Assembly (NCBI GenBank): GCA_041660065.1 | Contig: JBAZXC010000002.1 | Span: 240,768-304,767, forward strand | Origin: Parcubacteria group bacterium | GTDB taxonomy: Bacteria > Patescibacteriota > Minisyncoccia > Moranbacterales > GCA-2747515 | Length of the DNA stretch: 64,000 nt | Direction: 5' to 3' | In this document: positions 51,126-59,346 of the stretch, in pieces | Numbering within the stretch: the stretch's first letter is position 1 | Layout: the number at the start of each line of letters is the position of its first letter | The notes under the pieces: model-generated | The model's database searches: none | Seen by the model: only the letters and a program-made list of their open reading frames with translations | Told to the model about the DNA's origin: nothing | Position numbers and translations under genes: made by a program

Positions 51126-51440
51126 TTACTCTGCAGGCTTGGGGATGGCTTTCTTCCCCTTGGCAGGCCCGGTACGACCACTCAGGCTTTTGCCAAACTT
51201 CTCCAAAAACGGTTGATATTGCATCCGCTCTTGGTTCCGCTTGGCCGCCTCAGCTTCGGATTGTTCTAGCCCATAAAAAGGCACGAACTTTCCTTCAGCT
51301 TTTGCCTGCCTGGCGAGCTGTGCCCGACACTTCAGGCACACCGGAGTGGTCACCCACACCCCCTTCTCCTTGCGGAGGGCGAGAGAATGATTGACTGCGG
51401 TGCCATTACCAGCGTGTACTGCACAATAATCTTTTCCCAT
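51126..51440 (-). CDS. Hypothetical small Cys-containing basic protein
   Basis: 104 aa. CAVH...CLKC. Lys/Ala-rich C-terminus. Confidence 0.4.
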   Translation of the reverse strand: MGKDYCAVHAGNGTAVNHSLALRKEKGVWVTTPVCLKCRAQLARQAKAEGKFVPFYGLEQSEAEAAKRNQERMQYQPFLEKFGKSLSGRTGPAKGKKAIPKPAE

Positions 51441-51535
51441 AAGTCACCTCCGTGAAAATGGATTGATCTTGGATGGTTTTTTCGACACTATGCCGAATTT
51501 ATGTCGGTCATCCATACATACCCCGACAGAAATAT

Positions 51536-51615
51536 TTCATCAGCTTTTTTTACGTGGGCTTCCTCCACTTTTAGGTCGGTTAAATATTCAAAACCCGACC
51601 GAGGATTTCTCCCTC
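51536..51615. repeat. ~85-bp structured repeat, copy 2
   Basis: CATCAGCTTTTTTTACGTGGGCTTCCTCCACTTTTAGGTCGGTTAAATATTCAAAACCCGACCGAGGATTTCTCC. Confidence 0.7.
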
Positions 51616-51685
51616 TAAAATATTTCTTATGGATTCCCGATCAGGTCGGGAATGACAGGTAAAAAATATTTTAGAGAGAGGAAAT
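51605..51685. repeat. Nested hairpin element: outer CCCTCTAAAATATTT/AAATATTTTAGAGAGAGG arms enclosing GATTCCCGATCAGGTCGGGAATGAC (minus orientation)
   Basis: Direct read. Inner stem TTCCCGA/TCGGGAA, versus TTCCGGA/TCCGGAA in the 48398 copy. Confidence 0.65.
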
Positions 51686-51803
51686 ATGACATTGCATTAT
51701 TTCCTACTTCTTGTGACATGTGACCGCTTTGTCTGAGCGTTCTGGAGCTTCCCCAGAATATTATTTGTCAGTTTTTACACCCTCATGACATGGAGGGTTT
51801 ACC

Positions 51804-52013
51804 TCATGGAAAAAGGTCGAGGATCGCGATGACTACCTCATCCCGATTATGGGTCATACAAAAATGCTCACGACCCAAACCGTTGATGTAGTACGTTCTC
51901 GAACGAATTCCTTTCCGCAGACCCTTACCACAAAAGAGACAGGAATGATCCTTGCGGTTTCTGACGATCTGGGCATTCATAGCGCCCTTGACTACGTTAG
52001 GAACTCTCCTCAT
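51804..52013 (-). CDS. Small zinc-ribbon-like protein, hypothetical
   Basis: 69 aa. CLFCG...H.C..H. Confidence 0.35.
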   Translation of the reverse strand: MRRVPNVVKGAMNAQIVRNRKDHSCLFCGKGLRKGIRSRTYYINGLGREHFCMTHNRDEVVIAILDLFP

Positions 52014-52767
52014 AGACCCTCCTTGTTATTGATCTGTATTTGTTTAAAATCTCTCTAATACTTCACAAAGGTTTATTTTGAGCATATTGAGACACAAAAA
52101 AACTTCGCAAGAAAATTTATGTCCTTTAGGCTAAATATATTTACTATTTAGATAGCCCGATCTCAACCTTTGCGAAGTTTTAGAGAGAGGAAAGCGTGTG
52201 AGATTTTTTAAAAAAATTCTCACTTAAGCGTTGGCTTTCCGGGCAACGGTAATATTAAACTTCTCATCTGTGCAATCAGACAAGAAGCACATTGCAAAAC
52301 GTCGATAACGTTTTGCAATGCCCACAGAGTTTCTTAGTCATCTGTGGGTAGTGTGTGAAAAAATAGTGAACTAGATTGATCATGATAACCGAGTTTGCTA
52401 TAACTTCACTTTAGTTTGATTTTAAGGCACGTTTCTTGTGCCAAGGGAGACCATCTCCCTCATCAAACAGCCCGCCTGCCCCATATCAACGGTTCTTGGT
52501 ATAAACCAACCATCTCTAAGAAAGATGGAGGAGTTTGGCTCTGCACGCCTACACACTGCGCTCCGCACGCCTTTATAAATAGGTTATATACAACCTATCA
52601 CTCGTGTGTATTATCCCAATGCTATAAAGCGACAGGGATTATTAATCGCGTCTTGCTATTACACAAGGAATTCATATTTTTGGGTATTTCCCTCTAATAT
52701 CTCACAAAATATTATATGAGATCTTAGAGAGAAGAGATATTGATATGATAAATAATATCTCTACAAC

Positions 52768-52850
52768 GAGTTTCATCAGCTTTTTTTACGTGGGCTTCCT
52801 CCACAGTATACGTCCGTTAAACATTAAAGCCGGACGGCGGATTTCTCCCC
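52768..52850. repeat. ~85-bp structured repeat, copy 3
   Basis: TCATCAGCTTTTTTTACGTGGGCTTCCTCCACAGTATACGTCCGTTAAACATTAAAGCCGGACGGCGGATTTCTCC. Confidence 0.7.
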
Positions 52851-52867
52851 GCGGGTTGATACTATAA

Positions 52868-53104
52868 CTACGGAACGATCACGCCATATGTTGCTAATCT
52901 GGCGTGGAGATCATGGATCAGATCCTTGGAAGAAGCTTCAATCCGAATCTCGCCATGATGACCAATCTCACAGCTAATCCATTTTTCCTGCACAAAACAG
53001 CGATGTGCAGATGGTGCTTCGAGATCAATATCCTTATGGCATCGCGGACACCTACCCATAAGGCCGATACCCACAAGCCTTCCAATCCGTTTCATTTCAA
53101 TCAT
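52868..53104 (-). CDS. Small zinc-ribbon protein, hypothetical
   Basis: 78 aa. CPRCH...HRC...C..GHH. Repeat copy 3 lies 17 nt after its stop. Confidence 0.4.
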   Translation of the reverse strand: MIEMKRIGRLVGIGLMGRCPRCHKDIDLEAPSAHRCFVQEKWISCEIGHHGEIRIEASSKDLIHDLHARLATYGVIVP

Positions 53105-53129
53105 GGTAATCCCCCTAGTTAATTTATTG

Positions 53130-53258
53130 TAATATTCCCCTCGTTTCTTCCTAAAAATCTGTCATTCTGGACATGATTCGGAATTATGGATCAGTGTTTC
53201 ATGTTATTAAAGATCCTGAATCGCGCTCAGGATGACAAGAGCGCTTTTAAGAATAAAC
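53130..53258. repeat. Composite hairpin element: outer CCCTCGTTTCTTC/AAGAATAAACGAGGG arms enclosing two GTCAT...GGAATC-family hairpins
   Basis: Inner hairpins GTCATTCTGGACATGATTCGGAATT and GATCCTGAATCGCGCTCAGGATGAC. Confidence 0.55.
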
Positions 53259-53712
53259 GAGGGAAATATTAAATTGTTAAAGAAAATGAGAGAAATATCT
53301 TTAGTTCATTTAAATTATTGTACTTTTACCACCAATAGCTCATCATCACTGATAAGTAACGGCTTGGTGTGCCTGTAATACATGTGAACTGGTTTCTTGT
53401 GAAAAATGGTCGATTATATATTACTAAAAACCTATATTTCACTTATATTGTCACATGTATTACAACCATTCTGCCGATTGGATGTACTTACACCCTCCCG
53501 CACAGATCAGTCTTATGTCAAAGTAAAATAACTATCTTTGTTGTGCTACAGCCCTGTGTCATCTCGATCACTTCACTGTAACAACATAGTATATCATGCC
53601 AAAATTATTTTGTCAAGTGTCACTGACAATATATAGACATACACGCATTATTATTCTAATTTAAGGCTTTTTTTAAATTTTTATAAGATAATTCGCGTGG
53701 ACATTTTTAAAA

Positions 53713-53737
53713 ATGATGGCGTGATTTACGCCATCAT
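53713..53737. promoter_or_regulatory. Perfect 10-bp-arm palindrome (ATGATGGCGT-gattt-ACGCCATCAT) about 58 bp upstream of the -35; candidate operator
   Basis: Direct read. Not followed by a T-run, so unlikely to be a terminator. Confidence 0.4.
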
Positions 53738-53794
53738 GCAAAATTTACCGATGGATACGCCGTGCAGAGTTCCACACTGACCTGTTCACGGGTA

Positions 53795-53823
53795 TTGACA
53801 ATTATTTAAAACCATGCTATAGT
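53795..53823 (+). promoter_or_regulatory. Near-consensus sigma-70 promoter
   Basis: TTGACA, 17-nt spacer, TATAGT. Confidence 0.7.
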
Positions 53824-53829
53824 GTATCT

Positions 53830-54258
53830 TGGCTATGGCAGGAACAATATTTCTGTCTATCCGACGAAACATTGTTCTTTAAACATAAACCGCAACCCCT
53901 CACAAGCAAGAGGTTGCACAGAAGGAAGAGGCGTTACACAAGAGAGATTGGCTTTCTTGCGTAGCAAAGCTTTTAACTGGCAACCTTAACGTGGAGGTGT
54001 TGCTATGGGTTGTTGATATAGACCAAATTGGACCGTGAATGCCTCGTCTCGCTTGTTTAGGAGATGAGGTGTCCAAGACTTCCAATTGGTTTCTATTGAC
54101 GATTCATAAAAAAATATGAAGGAGAACATCATGGGTCTGTAGCCTGTATTGTTGAGCAATTTTCACAATCAACAAAATCCGTTGAAGAAAATTCATGAGT
54201 AAAAAATCCATCCAGTATTCTTCTGGATAACTGCAGTAAAATCCTGAGTTGGCTTATA
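53830..54258 (+). ncRNA. Candidate ~430-nt non-coding RNA of unknown class
   Basis: No plus-strand ORF of 60 aa or more between the consensus promoter (53795..53823) and a 12-bp-stem terminator (54221..54260). An early hairpin GAACAAT...ATTGTTC-TTT sits at 53846..53882. No tmRNA, RNase P RNA or SRP RNA hallmarks recognised by eye. Confidence 0.45.
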
Positions 54259-54260
54259 TA
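54221..54260. terminator. Bidirectional rho-independent terminator
   Basis: AATCCTGAGTTG-gcttatatag-CAACTTAGGATT followed by TTTTTTAT. Confidence 0.8.
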
Positions 54261-54265
54261 GCAAC

Positions 54266-55015
54266 TTAGGATTTTTTATTACTAACAGCTTTAATGGCTA
54301 ATTTAAAAATAGATTTTAAGGTTTCAGCAATATCTTTATTTTCTATAATTATTCCAATTTTGTCGCGATAGGATGTTAGACGAATTTTGTCTTTGTAGAC
54401 AGCAATGTCTCCAGGAAATATATAATCTGTCTTGTTTATTTTAATTCGAGTGTTGTTTTTATCACTTTCCAATGTTGATTTTTCAGAATTATAAAGAGCT
54501 CTTACACTCGATTTATTTTTTAATCGTATCCGTTTAAGTTTTTCATTTTCTTCTTTTGATATGAAATTGTCCATTTCATCCTTTGAAAAGGCTAACCACA
54601 TAGGCTCATCCTTTGTAAAATCAAAGCTTGAACTTGCCATTCGCATAATTCCCTCTTTCCCTAAATAATACTTCACAATCGGTTTTTTGATACTGGCGCT
54701 ATTGATGCTGTTTAATTCTTCCACAAGTCCTTTGAGTGTCTGTTTTTTTTGTTCTATAACTTGCTTTTGCTTTTCTAGGATGTTTTCCAGCTGTGCAGGA
54801 TCCTCCGGGACAAACATTTGCTTTTTTTCCTCATTTGATGCACTGACGAGACCGATCTTCATGAGATTTTCCAATGTAAAATACGTCGTTGCTCGATTGA
54901 CACCGGACTTTTTGGCGATCTCTGCCGCACTTCCCTGTCCCAATTCCAATGTAGCAATGTACACTTTTGCCTCTTTGTCATTTAGACCGATTTCTTCAAG
55001 TTTTTTTGCAAGCAT
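54266..55015 (-). CDS. TrmB-family transcriptional regulator (second copy)
   Basis: N-terminal wHTH: IGLNDKEAKVYIATLELGQGSAAEIAKKSGVNRATTYFTLENLMKIGLV. Confidence 0.75.
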   Translation of the reverse strand: MLAKKLEEIGLNDKEAKVYIATLELGQGSAAEIAKKSGVNRATTYFTLENLMKIGLVSASNEEKKQMFVPEDPAQLENILEKQKQVIEQKKQTLKGLVEELNSINSASIKKPIVKYYLGKEGIMRMASSSFDFTKDEPMWLAFSKDEMDNFISKEENEKLKRIRLKNKSSVRALYNSEKSTLESDKNNTRIKINKTDYIFPGDIAVYKDKIRLTSYRDKIGIIIENKDIAETLKSIFKLAIKAVSNKKS

Positions 55016-55134
55016 AATAATATATCAGATATTTATATGTTTGAATTATACAGCAAATCTTACCACTTGACAAAAATGCTAAATGGTGTATAATTCTAGT
55101 TCGTTCATTAAAACATATTAAAAACTCATAAGAG

Positions 55135-55497
55135 GTGCTGATTATGGAAGCGGAAAGAGAAGTGCTTTGCAAAGCATTTATGAAAATTGTTGAAGATTCA
55201 TATTTCACTGCGTTCATATTGCTGAAATTGCGCGGCGAGATCACTCCTCAACTGGAGAAGGATTTCCTCGCGTTTCATCAAACCGTGCTTGAGATGTTCT
55301 CGATTCACGGTATAAAATTTTCGATGAATAGAGTGTTTGAGTATATACCACTTAATACGTGGATTCCTGCATACCTCAAATACCTTTCGACAGAAACCGA
55401 AAATGCGCCAACGTCCGAGGAATCATATTCCTCACTGCCGACAAATCCTGTTTTTCAGGAAATTTGTGCGACTATTCGTGCGCAAAAATCCAATTAA
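55135..55497 (+). CDS. Hypothetical protein
   Basis: 120 aa. SD AAGAGG. Followed by a terminator hairpin AAGACCGCAGAGTG...CACTCTTCGGTCTT plus T-run (55503..55546). Confidence 0.5.
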   Translation: MLIMEAEREVLCKAFMKIVEDSYFTAFILLKLRGEITPQLEKDFLAFHQTVLEMFSIHGIKFSMNRVFEYIPLNTWIPAYLKYLSTETENAPTSEESYSSLPTNPVFQEICATIRAQKSN

Positions 55498-55578
55498 AAA
55501 TCAAGACCGCAGAGTGTCATTTTGCACTCTTCGGTCTTTTCTTATACAATAGATACGTAATTACTATGTGTAAAAAAT

Positions 55579-55857
55579 ATGGTCAAAAATGTTGAAGATA
55601 TTCTTAGTCCAGAATTATTGTCTGAATTAACTACTGAACAGATCTCCGCACTCGAAGAAAAATTTCCTCAAGTCATCCCTGATGATGAGGGCAAGGTTTT
55701 GAGGATTGCAACAGACATAGCCACTGGCACAGATGACATCGAGACGGCTATGAAAAATTTTGATACAGCACGCGAGATTGCTCTACAAAAAGTTGAAATG
55801 ACCAACACAAAACTTGTCGACAAAGGAGATGGCCTCGTAACAAGAATGATGCGCTAA
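55579..55857 (+). CDS. Hypothetical acidic protein
   Basis: 92 aa. Followed by a bidirectional terminator AACAACAGA-tctc-TCTGTTGTT plus T-run (55876..55910). Confidence 0.5.
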   Translation: MVKNVEDILSPELLSELTTEQISALEEKFPQVIPDDEGKVLRIATDIATGTDDIETAMKNFDTAREIALQKVEMTNTKLVDKGDGLVTRMMR

Positions 55858-55905
55858 TAAAATAATTATACACAGTAAAAAACAACAGATCTCTCTGTTG
55901 TTTTT

Positions 55906-56613
55906 TTATTGCCGGATATCCACAATTTTAATATCTGCTTTTTTAAATATGTCGACAAATGTATTCATTTTTTCCTGTGAGAGCGGTTTCTTCTTTTCAA
56001 ATGCAGGATCAAGCGTCACCTCCGGACGAAACGTTTGGAGATAGAGCTTATCACTCCCTTCCAACAATTGCGCCATTTCTTTGACAATCTCCTCTGTGTG
56101 CACGCCATCGATCACTGTTGTGCGAAATTCATATGGCACACTATTTTTTTTGAGTAAATTGATACTTTTTACGATGTTTTTCGGATTTGCCAGATCGCCT
56201 GCCAATTCTTTATAGCGTTGTGGCGTCGTTTTGACATCCATTGCTACATAATCCACCAGATGTTCTTTGATAAGAGAAATGAGGACATCCGGCAAATTGC
56301 CGTTTGTATCCAATTTTACAAGATATCCCAATGCACGAACTTTTTTGATGAATTCCTTGAGATCAGGTTGCACCGTTGGCTCCCCGCCCGAGATCACCAA
56401 TCCATCCAACTTCCCTTTTCGTGATCGCAAAAAATTCAAAATTGTTTTTTCAGAAATAAAGCTCGGACGCAACTTCACAATCTCTTGTGGCAAAACGAAC
56501 TCTTTATTATGACAAAAACGGCAGCGCATATTACACCCGGGGGTGAAAATGATCGCTGCCACTTTGTCTGGATAATCCAGGAGAGTAAACGGTTGTACAC
56601 CGCTAATCAGCAT
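55906..56613 (-). CDS. nrdG: Anaerobic ribonucleoside-triphosphate reductase activating protein (radical SAM)
   Basis: CNMRCRFCHN radical-SAM cluster motif. GGEPT. Confidence 0.85.
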   Translation of the reverse strand: MLISGVQPFTLLDYPDKVAAIIFTPGCNMRCRFCHNKEFVLPQEIVKLRPSFISEKTILNFLRSRKGKLDGLVISGGEPTVQPDLKEFIKKVRALGYLVKLDTNGNLPDVLISLIKEHLVDYVAMDVKTTPQRYKELAGDLANPKNIVKSINLLKKNSVPYEFRTTVIDGVHTEEIVKEMAQLLEGSDKLYLQTFRPEVTLDPAFEKKKPLSQEKMNTFVDIFKKADIKIVDIRQ

Positions 56614-56791
56614 ATTTATCGCTGAAAGACTCGTTTGCTGCGACGCATTCTTGAAAATGCTTGCGTGAATAATGTTCTGATTTCTTTCCCGTGTTAAAAA
56701 AAGATACCGGGCGGAAATACCCCATTACTCGTGTCCACACTTCACAGCGTGTGCGCTCTCCATCTGTGCATTGCAACTTTTGTGATGCCAT
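56603..56791 (-). CDS. Stand-alone glycyl-radical module (NrdD C-terminal-like, 62 aa)
   Basis: MASQKLQCTDGERTRCEVWTRVMGYFRPVSFFNTGKK: the RVxGY glycyl-radical signature and flanking residues align to the E. coli NrdD C-terminus (VYRVTRICGYLGSP...WNKGK). Own ATG, 37 nt after the nrdD stop and in a different frame. Overlaps the nrdG start by 11 nt. Confidence 0.6.
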   Translation of the reverse strand: MASQKLQCTDGERTRCEVWTRVMGYFRPVSFFNTGKKSEHYSRKHFQECVAANESFSDKYAD

Positions 56792-56828
56792 ATTTTTATT
56801 TTATTAATTATTTATAAATTTATTAATC

Positions 56829-58943
56829 TTATTTGTCGGGCATAGCACTTTCATAGCGCCCACGGAACTCACTGTCACAACAACTTTTTTTCACACCCAA
56901 TTCCTGATCACATTTTGGACAAAAATCATATTCCCCATCGAGGTAACCGTGTTTCGGACAGATCGAGAATGTCGGCGTGATCGTGATATACGGCAATCGA
57001 TAGTTTGTCAGGATCTTTTTTACCAACTGAGCACACGCCTTACCGGAACTGATGCGCTCACTCATATAACCATGAAATACCGTGCCTCCCGTATATTTTT
57101 TTTGCAATTCATCCTGGAGATCCAACGCTTCGAAAATATCATCTGTATATCCCACAGGCAACTGCGTGGAGTTTGTGTAGTATGGTGCTTCTTTGGTGCC
57201 TGCTTGAATGATATCCTTAAATTGTTTTTGATCTTCTTTTGCAAAGCGATATGTCGTTCCCTCACCCGGTGTCGCTTCCAGATTATACAGATTTCCTGTT
57301 TCCTCTTGAAACTCCGACATCTTTTCTCGTATCTGATCCAGTACTTCTTTGGCAAACTCTTGTCCATATTTTGTCGTGATATTCTCTTTATCACCTGTAA
57401 AGTTGCGAATTGCCTCATTCATCCCATTCACACCGATCGTAGAGAAATGATTGTTCAACTTTCCGAGATATCGCTTTGTGTATGGAAACAATCCGCGATT
57501 CATCCACTTCTCGATCACTTCCCTTTTGATCTCAAGCGACGTCTTTGCCAATCCCATGAGATACATCACTCTTTCAATGAATTTTTCTTTGTCTCCTGCA
57601 CACGTTTTTCCGATGCGCGCCATATTGATCGTCACCACACCAATCGATCCCGTCATTTCTGCTGATCCGAAGAGACCACCACCTCTCTTGCGCAATTCTT
57701 TCAAATCCAATTGTAAACGACAACACATTGAACGCACATCACTTGGATTGAGGTCTGAATTGATGAAATTCTGGAAATACGGTGTTCCATACTTTGCCGT
57801 CATTTCAAAAAGTGGCAATACTTTTGGATCATTCCAATCAAAGTCCTTTGTAATATTGTATGTCGGAATGGGAAATGTGAATGTACGCCCCTTTGAATCC
57901 CCCGCCATCATCACATCAATAAATGCTCTATTAATGAGATCCATCTCTTTTTGCAGTTCTCCAAATGTATAATCAAATGGCTTGCCTCCGAGAATCAGTG
58001 TTTTTTTCTTGAGATCTTCCGGACATACCCAATCAAGTGTAATGTTGGTAAACGGCGTTTGTGTGCCCCATCGCGACGGAATATTGAGATTAAATACAAA
58101 TGATTGAATATTCTGATAGACAAAATTGTAAAGCACTTCATCATAATATGCCTCTTCTTTTTCTTTTGATGCAAATACCATGCCATACTTCTCGATCATT
58201 TTTCGCAACTCCAACTCTTTTTTCTTTACAAACGGTGCCAAATAGGTATCAAAGCTAGAAAAAGCTTGTGCACCAGCCCACTCATTTTGCAGCGTGCCCA
58301 AAAAATTGATCATTTGCGCCACTGCGCTTGAAAGATGCTTTGGTGGTTTGGACTCTACCTTATTAGACACACCATTAAACCCCTCCTCAAGCAATGTCCG
58401 CAGACTCCATCCCGCACAATATCCGGAAAACATATCGAGATCATGGATGTGAATATCGGCATTTCTATGCGCCTCACCAATAGATTTTGGATAAACATGT
58501 GACAACCAATAATTTGCAGTTACCTTTCCGGCAGTATTGAGGATCATTCCGCCCAACGAATATCCCTGATTGGAATTAGCATTTACCCGCCAATCCAGCT
58601 GATCAAGGTATTCGCTCATGGTCTTTTCCACATCTACCATCACATTTTTATCAGATCGCGCTTCAGTTCTCTTTTGTCTATACAAAATATAGTCCTTTGC
58701 AATACGAGGAAAATTGAAGTTAATAAGCGCTTCCTCTACGGCATCTTGTATTTGCTCCACAGACGGGATCTCTTCACCATAACGCTCAATGATCTTTTTC
58801 TCTGCATGATGTGCAATTTTCTTGGCATCAAAACCTTTTTCCGGCTCAGATGCTTGCGCCGCTTTTGTAATCGCTTTTTCAATCTTTATTATGTCAAAAT
58901 CTACAATTGTGCCATTTCTTTTTTTAATTTTGTGTATCGCCAT
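56829..58943 (-). CDS. nrdD: Anaerobic ribonucleoside-triphosphate reductase (class III) catalytic body; lacks the glycyl-radical motif in-frame
   Basis: N-terminal ATP-cone (IKKRNGTIVDFDIIKIEKAI). Zn-ribbon CPKHG...CPKC near the C-terminus. The protein ends ...KKSCCDSEFRGRYESAMPDK with no RVxGY. Confidence 0.9.
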   Translation of the reverse strand: MAIHKIKKRNGTIVDFDIIKIEKAITKAAQASEPEKGFDAKKIAHHAEKKIIERYGEEIPSVEQIQDAVEEALINFNFPRIAKDYILYRQKRTEARSDKNVMVDVEKTMSEYLDQLDWRVNANSNQGYSLGGMILNTAGKVTANYWLSHVYPKSIGEAHRNADIHIHDLDMFSGYCAGWSLRTLLEEGFNGVSNKVESKPPKHLSSAVAQMINFLGTLQNEWAGAQAFSSFDTYLAPFVKKKELELRKMIEKYGMVFASKEKEEAYYDEVLYNFVYQNIQSFVFNLNIPSRWGTQTPFTNITLDWVCPEDLKKKTLILGGKPFDYTFGELQKEMDLINRAFIDVMMAGDSKGRTFTFPIPTYNITKDFDWNDPKVLPLFEMTAKYGTPYFQNFINSDLNPSDVRSMCCRLQLDLKELRKRGGGLFGSAEMTGSIGVVTINMARIGKTCAGDKEKFIERVMYLMGLAKTSLEIKREVIEKWMNRGLFPYTKRYLGKLNNHFSTIGVNGMNEAIRNFTGDKENITTKYGQEFAKEVLDQIREKMSEFQEETGNLYNLEATPGEGTTYRFAKEDQKQFKDIIQAGTKEAPYYTNSTQLPVGYTDDIFEALDLQDELQKKYTGGTVFHGYMSERISSGKACAQLVKKILTNYRLPYITITPTFSICPKHGYLDGEYDFCPKCDQELGVKKSCCDSEFRGRYESAMPDK

Positions 58944-59346
58944 AATTATTTGTTTCAGATAATAATCCCGTAATATTTGTCATCAACTGTCTTTACCCTC
59001 AAATCCAGTTACAAACATTGTGTTTTGGCGGAAAAAGAAAGAAGTAAGAAAAAAATTCCTCACCCCTCATTGTCCGTAGAATAATTATAGCACATAATTA
59101 TTTTTATGAAAAGGGTAACATATCCACAGAATACATAAACATACTATATGTTGTGCTTTACCATTTATACCTACCACAAGTAGATTTTTCATATTGACAT
59201 GAAACTTTTTATGTTTCGTTTATAAATAAAATAATATTTTTCTCTTATAAAAATTTCCTTCCTGCATATTTTTTATAATTAACAACAAAATATACATTTT
59301 GTCAAGTATTTAAACTTGGCCAAAAAATATTATTCAAACACTCCCC

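Noticed and set aside
47970-53260. CRISPR-like array among the hairpin repeats
   Set aside because: The repeats are heterogeneous families of nested hairpins with variable lengths and orientations, not regular repeat-spacer units.
53830-54258. Candidate ncRNA as RNase P RNA, tmRNA or SRP RNA
   Set aside because: No P4 GGAAAGUCCGG/ACAGAA-CCGGCUUA elements. No tRNA-like 3' end or tag-peptide frame. No SRP domain IV motif visible by eye. Class left open.
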